Assembly: GCA_964615415.1 (NCBI GenBank)
Contig: CAZTNI010000001.1
Span: 112,746 to 176,745, forward strand
DNA length: 64,000 bases
DNA from: an uncultured Candidatus Saccharibacteria bacterium
GTDB taxonomy: Bacteria; Patescibacteriota; Minisyncoccia; Phycocordibacterales; SBAW01
Direction of reading: 5' to 3'
The position numbers and the translations under genes are program-made. Below the pieces are notes generated by a model. The model searched no databases. It was not told the DNA's origin and saw only the letters and a program-made list of their open reading frames with translations. This document shows positions 57,492 through 64,000 of the stretch, one piece after another. The stretch's first letter is position 1. Each line of letters opens with the position of its first letter.

Positions 57492-57519
57492 TTCGACAAG
57501 CTCACTATAAATACACACC

Positions 57520-58080
57520 ATGCCAAGTCTCATCCAAGAAAAACAAAAAACAGCATTTGAAAGCCTGAAGAATACTTTTGGCTGGAAGAATGTGATGCAA
57601 ACTCCTCGTGTCGAGAAGGTTGTTGTCGCTGTTGGTGTTGGCAAGATGGCAAAAGACAAGGGCAAGGTTGAGCTCGTTGCAGACCGCCTTGCAAAAATTA
57701 CTGGTCAGAAGCCAGCACATCGCGGCGCAAAGAAAGCTATCGCAACCTTTAAGACTCGCGTTGGCGACAAAGTAGGCTACCAGGTAACCCTCCGCGGTAA
57801 GCGCGCAGAAGACTTTCTTAACCGCCTCGTACACGTTGCGCTTCCTCGTACCAAGGACTTTAAGGGCATCCCAGGTAACTCAGTAGACGAGATGGGTAAC
57901 TACAGCCTTGGTATCAAAGAGCACACCGTGTTCCCAGAAACTGTAGACGAAGAATTGAAAGACGTCTTCGGTATGGCAGTAACGGTAGTGACCTCAGCAA
58001 AAGATAAAAAAATAGCGAAGGCTTACCTCGAACACCTCGGTTTCCCATTTAAAAAGACCGACGACTCAAAGAAGAAGTAA
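57520..58080 (+). CDS. rplE: 50S ribosomal protein L5
   Basis: ITGQKP, VTLRG, GNYSLGI. Confidence 0.98.
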   Translation: MPSLIQEKQKTAFESLKNTFGWKNVMQTPRVEKVVVAVGVGKMAKDKGKVELVADRLAKITGQKPAHRGAKKAIATFKTRVGDKVGYQVTLRGKRAEDFLNRLVHVALPRTKDFKGIPGNSVDEMGNYSLGIKEHTVFPETVDEELKDVFGMAVTVVTSAKDKKIAKAYLEHLGFPFKKTDDSKKK

Positions 58081-58190
58081 AAAGAAAGCCGCCTGAGTAG
58101 AGGCGGTTTTTCTTTTGTTCAACACAACCTGCCAGGAACTGATGTATATTTATTTCAGTATCTGATCTTAAGATCCACCAGGAGGTACAA

Positions 58191-58391
58191 ATGGGCAATC
58201 GGATCATTCTTGGTTTTGGAGGGAATTTTAAGGAAGCTCGGATTCCTTCAAATATCCCGCTTTCTTCTGTGTCTCCTCATGTGCATCGGCTTCTAGGCAA
58301 TAAGTCGAAGCTGGGGCGTAAAGAACGCCGTCGGCAGAGAGAAGAAGAGGAAAGGCGGCGCGCTCGAGAATTCGATTCTTCCACTATGTAA
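58191..58391 (+). CDS. Small Arg/Glu-rich protein
   Basis: AGGAGGT SD; flanked by two similar terminators. Confidence 0.65.
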   Translation: MGNRIILGFGGNFKEARIPSNIPLSSVSPHVHRLLGNKSKLGRKERRRQREEEERRRAREFDSSTM

Positions 58392-58602
58392 TGCCTCCGA
58401 AATAAGTAATAAAAGGCCGCCTCATTGAGGCGGCCTTTAAATTTGCGCTTTCAGATGGCCTATGTTAGTATCTTTGCACGCCCGTTTGGGCTCCTTTTTT
58501 CTGATAGGTGCCGCTTAGTGGAAACGCGAGGCAAACCGCAGAATCGTAACTCTCTAGGTAAGGGGAGTAAACCGGCCTAGTCCGGCGTATCGATTACAAA
58601 AT

Positions 58603-58788
58603 ATGGCTAAAAAGTCCACAGTTGCACGCTCAAACCGCACCCCGAAGTTTAAATCTCGGGTGGTTCGTCGTTGCTTCCGTTGCGGCCGTAAGCGTGCGTT
58701 TATGCGTGACTTTGGTCTCTGTCGCGCATGCTTCCGCGAAGCAGCAAATGAAGGCCTTATTCCAGGCGTTCGCAAATCATCATGGTAA
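58603..58788 (+). CDS. rpsN: 30S ribosomal protein S14 (Zn-binding type Z)
   Basis: CFRC...CRAC, KSSW. Confidence 0.97.
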   Translation: MAKKSTVARSNRTPKFKSRVVRRCFRCGRKRAFMRDFGLCRACFREAANEGLIPGVRKSSW

Positions 58789-59171
58789 CAGACCCTATTG
58801 CAGACTATTTGATCCGTCTTCAAAACGCGCTTCGTGCACGCAAGGAGACTGTGTCTATCCCAAGCTCGAAGATGACCCGCGCTCTTTCAGAAGTGCTCGC
58901 GCGCGAGGGCTACATCGGTGAAGTAGATGATCAGTCAAAGAAGACCCGCTCTCTTTCAATTGCTCTTACCTACAAAAATGGCCGCCCAGCAATTAACGGT
59001 GCAAAGCGCATTTCAAAGCCGTCACGCCGCCTGTACATGGGTGTGCGCGATATTAAGCCAGTCAAGCGCGGTCATGGTCTCCTCGTGCTCTCGACTCCTG
59101 CTGGTATCGTTACCGGCAAAGAGGCACGTCAGAAGCGTGTTGGTGGTGAAGTCTTGTTCGAAATCTGGTAA
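58782..59171 (+). CDS. rpsH: 30S ribosomal protein S8
   Basis: [20 protein letters not shown]. Confidence 0.98.
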   Translation: MVTDPIADYLIRLQNALRARKETVSIPSSKMTRALSEVLAREGYIGEVDDQSKKTRSLSIALTYKNGRPAINGAKRISKPSRRLYMGVRDIKPVKRGHGLLVLSTPAGIVTGKEARQKRVGGEVLFEIW

Positions 59172-59179
59172 AAATTTTT

Positions 59180-59713
59180 ATGTCACGTCTTGCTAAACGA
59201 CCAATTACAATTCCTGCTAAAACTGAAGTCAGCGTTTCAGGCGGTGATCTCGTGGTTAAAGGTCCTAAAGGAACACTCACACGCAAAGGCAATCGCTTTG
59301 TTACTATCGAAGTAGGTAGCGAGGGCGTGCAGGTTGCTCCAAAAGGCGAGACGCTCGAGGCTCGTGCAGCAGTTGGAACCTACGCATCACATGTCCGCAA
59401 CATGATCGAGGGCGTGAACGCTGGTTTTGTTAAAAAGCTTCTCATTGAAGGCGTTGGTTACAAGTGGGATGTGCAAGGCAAGACGGTTGTGTTGGCACTT
59501 GGCTTCTCGCATCCTGTTAAAGTTGCTATTCCAGAAGGCATTACTGTCTCTATCGACAAGGGCGTCTTTTCTGTCTCAGGTGCCGACAAAGAAGCAGTTG
59601 GCCAGTTTGCTGCAAACATCCGCGCCCTCAAGAAGCCAGAACCATACAAAGGGAAAGGCATTCGCTATGACAGCGAGGTGATCCGCCGCAAGCAGGGTAA
59701 GAAGGCTGCATAA
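59180..59713 (+). CDS. rplF: 50S ribosomal protein L6
   Basis: PEPYKGKGI. Confidence 0.98.
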   Translation: MSRLAKRPITIPAKTEVSVSGGDLVVKGPKGTLTRKGNRFVTIEVGSEGVQVAPKGETLEARAAVGTYASHVRNMIEGVNAGFVKKLLIEGVGYKWDVQGKTVVLALGFSHPVKVAIPEGITVSIDKGVFSVSGADKEAVGQFAANIRALKKPEPYKGKGIRYDSEVIRRKQGKKAA

Positions 59714-59722
59714 CATACGACT

Positions 59723-60079
59723 ATGGCTACTACTTCAACTACAAAACGCATAGGCCGCATCCGCCGACACAACCGCATCCGCGCACGTGTTATTGGCTCT
59801 GCTGCACGTCCTCGCCTTTCGGTCTACAAATCGAACCGCTATCTCCATGCGCAGATTATTGACGATGCTTCAGGCAAGACGCTTGTTGCAGGCAGCACAA
59901 AGACATTTGCAGCAAAGGCAAAGAAAATGGATGCAGCAGAGATGCTCGGTACCGACATTGCAAAGCGCGCAAAGGATGCAGGTATCACTAAGGTCGTATT
60001 TGACCGCGGTGGTTTCCGCTACATTGGCCGCATCGCAACGCTTGCAGAAGCTGTTCGCAAGGGAGGTTTGGAACTATAA
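59723..60079 (+). CDS. rplR: 50S ribosomal protein L18
   Basis: PRLSVYKSN, FDRGGFRY. Confidence 0.97.
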   Translation: MATTSTTKRIGRIRRHNRIRARVIGSAARPRLSVYKSNRYLHAQIIDDASGKTLVAGSTKTFAAKAKKMDAAEMLGTDIAKRAKDAGITKVVFDRGGFRYIGRIATLAEAVRKGGLEL

Positions 60080-60085
60080 TTTTTT

Positions 60086-60703
60086 ATGACTGACAAGACT
60101 ACTATCGAAGAGAAGAATGTACCTACAGAAGGCGCGCCAGTTGCGGAAGCTACTGCTGCACCTGCTGACACGAAAGGTCCTCGCGGCCGTGGTGGCCGTG
60201 GCCGTGGCGAACGCGGTCCAGGAGGCCGTGGCCAAGGTCCTCGCGGTGGTAACCGCCCTGAGCGCCAAAAGAGTGAGTTTGATCAGAAGATGATCAACAT
60301 TCGCCGCGTTACTCGCGTGGTTTCTGGTGGCCGTCGCTTCTCATTCTCAGTTGCGATCATCCTTGGTAACAAAAAGGGCAAGGTTGGTGTTGGTATTGGT
60401 AAGGCCGGTGACACAACGCTCGCTATCGACAAAGCAGTTCGTGATGCAAAGAAGAATATGATCACCGTAGCGCTCACAAAGGACAACTCTATTCCGCATG
60501 ATGTGTCTGCTAAGTACACCGCGTCTCGTGTAACACTCATTCCAGCAGCAGGTCGCGGTCTTGTGGCAGGTTCGTCTGTACGCCCACTCCTTGAGCTTGC
60601 AGGCATCACCAACGTGATCGCAAAGATGCACTCAGGCAGCAAGAACGGCCTTAACAACGCTCGCGCGGCTATCGAGGCTTTGAAGACGATCAAGAATGCG
60701 TAG
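60086..60703 (+). CDS. rpsE: 30S ribosomal protein S5
   Basis: RVTRVVSGGRRFSF. Confidence 0.98.
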   Translation: MTDKTTIEEKNVPTEGAPVAEATAAPADTKGPRGRGGRGRGERGPGGRGQGPRGGNRPERQKSEFDQKMINIRRVTRVVSGGRRFSFSVAIILGNKKGKVGVGIGKAGDTTLAIDKAVRDAKKNMITVALTKDNSIPHDVSAKYTASRVTLIPAAGRGLVAGSSVRPLLELAGITNVIAKMHSGSKNGLNNARAAIEALKTIKNA

Positions 60704-60723
60704 CCCGATTTAATTAAACCAGT

Positions 60724-61164
60724 ATGCAACTCAACGAACTTAAACGCACAACTGAAAATAAGACTAAAAAGCGCGTTGGCCGTGGCGGTAAGCGCGGTAA
60801 GACCTCTGGTCGTGGTACCAAGGGCCAGAAAGCGCGCGCAGGTCACCGCATCATGCCGGCTATCCGCGAGCAGCTCAAAAAACTTCCGAAGATGCGCGGT
60901 CGCGGTATCCATGGTTTGCGCAGTATCCAAGACAAGCCATTTGCAATTAACGTTTCTCAGCTCGAGACTTTCTTCTCAGCAGGTGATGTCGTAAATCCAA
61001 AAACTCTCGTAGAGCGTGGAGTTATGAATGCAACGAACAGCTCTGTGCGCCGCATTAAGATTCTTGGCGATGGCGAGCTTTCAAAAAAGCTTACTGTTTC
61101 TGGTTGTGCGGTGTCAGCAAGTGCAAAGGAAAAGATCGAGAAAGCAGGCGGCTCTGTAGCGTAA
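60724..61164 (+). CDS. rplO: 50S ribosomal protein L15
   Basis: RVGRGGKRGKTSGRG, KIEKAGG. Confidence 0.97.
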   Translation: MQLNELKRTTENKTKKRVGRGGKRGKTSGRGTKGQKARAGHRIMPAIREQLKKLPKMRGRGIHGLRSIQDKPFAINVSQLETFFSAGDVVNPKTLVERGVMNATNSSVRRIKILGDGELSKKLTVSGCAVSASAKEKIEKAGGSVA

Positions 61165-61208
61165 GCGTGGATTGAGTGGCGGTGCTGGGTTATACTTCAT
61201 TTCATACT

Positions 61209-62480
61209 ATGTCGTCATTCCTACAAAAACTCACACTTCTTTTTTCGGACAAAACACTTCGTAATCGTGTCTTTTTCGTTATTGGCGCCCTTGCAGTCTT
61301 TCGTGTGCTTGCAACTATCCCGATCCCAGGTGTCAATGCGGCTGCGCTTGCTACCTTTTTTGCAAACAATCAATTTTTCGGTCTCCTGAACCTCTTCTCT
61401 GGCGGCGGACTTTCAAGTCTTTCTATCATGATGCTTGGTGTTGGTCCGTACATCACAGCGTCTATCATCATGCAGCTGCTTACGCTCATGGTCCCTCGCA
61501 TGAAGGCTATGTACCAAGAGGAAGGGGAGATTGGTCGAAAGAAATTTAGCCAGTACTCGCGCATGTTGACCCTACCGCTCGCTATTGTGCAGGGTATTAG
61601 TTTCTTGCTTATCCTCCAGCAGGCAGGAATTATTTCATTCCTTTCACCATTCCAGTTTGCAGTGAATCTCATCGTGATTACTGCTGGTTCGATGCTCCTT
61701 ATGTGGATCGGCGAACTTATTTCTGAGTACGGTATTGGCAACGGTGTTTCGCTCATCATCTTCGGCGGCATTGTTGCAAGCTTGCCTCAGACGGTAAGCC
61801 AGCTTGTCTTTACCTACGACCCATCGCTCTTGCCAGTCTATCTTGCGGCGATCGCGGTCGGTCTCTTTGTGATAGCAGCAATTGTGTTTATTACTGAAGC
61901 AGAGCGTCCAGTGCCGGTAACGTACGCAAAGCGTGTCCGCGGTATGAAATTCTTTGGCGGCGCATCGACCTACCTTCCGCTCCGCCTTAATCAGGCAGGT
62001 GTTATCCCGATCATCTTTGCGCTCTCGTTCCTCTTGTTGCCGCAAATGTTTGCAAGCTTCTTTGTAACGTCCTCAAACGCAATGCTTGCAGGTATTTCAG
62101 CATCTATCCTCGGCGCATTCCAGAACCTGACACTCTACGGCGTGCTCTACTTTATCTTCGTGTTCTTCTTCACCTACTTCTATACTGCGGTGACGTTCGA
62201 TCCAAAGATGATCGCAGACAACTTGCAGAAAAATGGTGCATTTATTCCAGGTGTACGTCCGGGTGAGTTCACTGCAGAGTACTTGGGTAAAATTATTACC
62301 CGCATTACGCTTGTGGGCGCACTCTTCCTTGGCTTGGTTGCCGTCTTGCCAATAGTCATGCAGTCATTAACGGGCATTTCAACACTTGCTATCGGTGGTA
62401 CCGCACTCCTTATCGTTGTGTCGGTGATTCTCGACCTTACTCGCCGCGTGGACGCGCAACTCTCGATCCGCGAATATTAA
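61209..62480 (+). CDS. secY: Preprotein translocase subunit SecY
   Basis: LGVGPYITASII, GIGNGVSLII, FIPGVRPG. Confidence 0.98.
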   Translation: MSSFLQKLTLLFSDKTLRNRVFFVIGALAVFRVLATIPIPGVNAAALATFFANNQFFGLLNLFSGGGLSSLSIMMLGVGPYITASIIMQLLTLMVPRMKAMYQEEGEIGRKKFSQYSRMLTLPLAIVQGISFLLILQQAGIISFLSPFQFAVNLIVITAGSMLLMWIGELISEYGIGNGVSLIIFGGIVASLPQTVSQLVFTYDPSLLPVYLAAIAVGLFVIAAIVFITEAERPVPVTYAKRVRGMKFFGGASTYLPLRLNQAGVIPIIFALSFLLLPQMFASFFVTSSNAMLAGISASILGAFQNLTLYGVLYFIFVFFFTYFYTAVTFDPKMIADNLQKNGAFIPGVRPGEFTAEYLGKIITRITLVGALFLGLVAVLPIVMQSLTGISTLAIGGTALLIVVSVILDLTRRVDAQLSIREY

Positions 62481-62483
62481 TCT

Positions 62484-63059
62484 ATGGAGGATATCCGCAC
62501 GTTTATTACTATGGGTCGCCTCGGATCAGGGAAGGGCACTCAGGCTAAACTGCTTGCGGAAAAAATTGGCGCTCGTGTATATTCGTCGGGTAAAGAGTTT
62601 CGTGACTTGGCAGCAAGCGAGCAATTTGTTGGACGCCGTCTTAAAAAAGCACTCGACTCTGGCGAACTGATGCCTACCTGGCTCGCTTCCTACTTGCACG
62701 AAAAAACGCTTTTTACGCTGGAACCAGAAGACAAAATAATTTTTGAAGGTGCGTGCCGTATTGAACCAGAGGCGCACTTGTTTAATGAAGTAACGGAGTG
62801 GCTTGGCCGACCGTATAAAGTTATATATCTGGAGATCGACGAAGAAGAGATGGTGAAGCGGTTACGCAAGCGCTACGAAATTGAAGGTCGTGCAGACGAT
62901 GCGGATGAAGCCATCACGATTCGTATCCAGGAATTTAATACAAAAACCATTCCTGCTGCAAATTTTTTCCGCTCTCAAGGAAAACTCATTACAGTAAATG
63001 GGCAGCAGACGGTAGAAAAGGTCCACGAAGACATACTAAAAGCTCTAAGCCTTTCGTGA
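62484..63059 (+). CDS. adk: Adenylate kinase-family NMP kinase 1
   Basis: GRLGSGKGTQ, GRADD; position after secY. Confidence 0.88.
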   Translation: MEDIRTFITMGRLGSGKGTQAKLLAEKIGARVYSSGKEFRDLAASEQFVGRRLKKALDSGELMPTWLASYLHEKTLFTLEPEDKIIFEGACRIEPEAHLFNEVTEWLGRPYKVIYLEIDEEEMVKRLRKRYEIEGRADDADEAITIRIQEFNTKTIPAANFFRSQGKLITVNGQQTVEKVHEDILKALSLS

Positions 63060-63071
63060 TACCATAGCACT

Positions 63072-63662
63072 GTGGATCAAATAACCGCTATATTTTTAGG
63101 GCCGCAAGGGTGTGGAAAAGGGACGCAAGCGTCCCTTTTTGAAGCGCATCTACAGACGCTCGATGCTCGACCGATCGTACATTTTGAGATGGGTAAGAAT
63201 TTGCGTGAGATGGCCGCGCAGGAAAACTACACTTCAAAACTCATGCGCGACGTAATTGCTCGTGGTGACTTGGTGCCGTTTACGATAAGCTCGTCTGTGT
63301 TTTCTCAATACTTGATCAACCACCTTGCAGGCAACGAGCATTTATTTATAGACGGCTTTCCTCGGAGCGAGTCCCAAGTGGATATTCTGGACTCTGCTAT
63401 GGAGTTTTATCAGCGAAAAAATCCGACCTTTGTGCACATCACTATCTCTGACGATGAAAGTATTTCACGCCTCCTTCAGCGAGGTCGCGCAGATGATACA
63501 GAAGAGACTATCCGTAACCGCCTTCGCTGGACCCGAGAAGAGTGGGGGAACATACGTGCTCGACTTGAAAAGAACCCCGCGTACCGGATTATCGAAATTA
63601 ATGGTGAGCGTCCGATAGAAGAAGTGCAGGCAGATATTCGATCGCAGCTTCTTTCCTCTTAA
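63072..63662 (+). CDS. Adenylate kinase-family NMP kinase 2
   Basis: GPQGCGKGTQ, DGFPR, GRADD. Confidence 0.9.
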   Translation: MDQITAIFLGPQGCGKGTQASLFEAHLQTLDARPIVHFEMGKNLREMAAQENYTSKLMRDVIARGDLVPFTISSSVFSQYLINHLAGNEHLFIDGFPRSESQVDILDSAMEFYQRKNPTFVHITISDDESISRLLQRGRADDTEETIRNRLRWTREEWGNIRARLEKNPAYRIIEINGERPIEEVQADIRSQLLSS

Positions 63663-63665
63663 CAC

Positions 63666-64000
63666 ATGATCGCGACTAACCAAAACGACATACAAGGACT
63701 GCGTGAAGCAGGAAAAATTCTGAGTGCAGTACGCACGGAAGTCGCCGGCTTGGTGCGCCCAGGCATTTCCACTGCAGACCTTGATATTGCAGCGGAGAAA
63801 GCAATTGAACGGCACGGAGCGCGAGCAGCCTTTTTGGGATATAAACAACAAGACAGTACATACCCGTTTCCTGCGGTGGGATGTATTTCAGTGAATGATG
63901 AAGTGGTGCACGGAATTCCTCGGGAAGACCGTATTCTTAAAGAGGGAGACGTCGTGTCTGTCGACTTAGGGCTTGAGTATAAAGGCTTCTTTATGGATTC
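63666..64000 (+). CDS. map: Methionine aminopeptidase (partial)
   Basis: Hand translation LREAGKIL...CISVNDEVVHGIP...GDVVSVDLG; runs off window. Confidence 0.95.
   Translation, partial: MIATNQNDIQGLREAGKILSAVRTEVAGLVRPGISTADLDIAAEKAIERHGARAAFLGYKQQDSTYPFPAVGCISVNDEVVHGIPREDRILKEGDVVSVDLGLEYKGFFMD

Noticed and set aside
1-64000. Alternative genetic code 25 (TGA=Gly)
   Set aside because: Conserved genes translate to full length under code 11 and TGA ends plausible genes such as adk at 63059.
1-64000. Reverse transcriptase, DGR, retron, transposase or known defence system
   Set aside because: No ORF shows RT (YxDD), DDE/HUH transposase or recognisable defence motifs, and no adenine-variable repeat pair was noticed.

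Overview
Bacterial chromosome segment read with genetic code 11. It is most consistent with a Patescibacteria/CPR (Parcubacteria-like) genome: no rpmD between rpsE and rplO, a trigger factor lacking its PPIase domain, tandem short adenylate kinases, and many apparently leaderless genes. The backbone is housekeeping: pnp, rpsO, a Xer recombinase, xth, cca, four tRNAs, hup, rny, clpP, tig, ppa, nusA, tpiA-pgk, recJ-rnhA-comEC, and the str/S10/spc ribosomal cluster through secY-adk-adk-map. The standout feature is a ~6.1 kb co-oriented array (24.5-30.6 kb) of about 12 small unknown genes. It is driven by two tandem consensus sigma70 promoters and a ~470 nt structured leader, and it ends in a single U-tailed terminator. 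Nearly every gene in it is preceded by a repeated multi-hairpin module (GC hairpin, long G.U-containing stem, third hairpin, GTTCAA, strong SD) that shows compensatory changes between copies. Other observations: a palindromic repeat family with one copy inserted in frame in pgk; accessory genes flanked by duplicated terminators that fragment the ribosomal operons; a parS/DnaA-box cluster at 9.7-11.9 kb; several candidate ncRNAs; a degenerate PilB-like ATPase; and an S12 with altered streptomycin-contact loops. All calls come from reading the sequence and recalling family motifs; no searches or folding programs were run.
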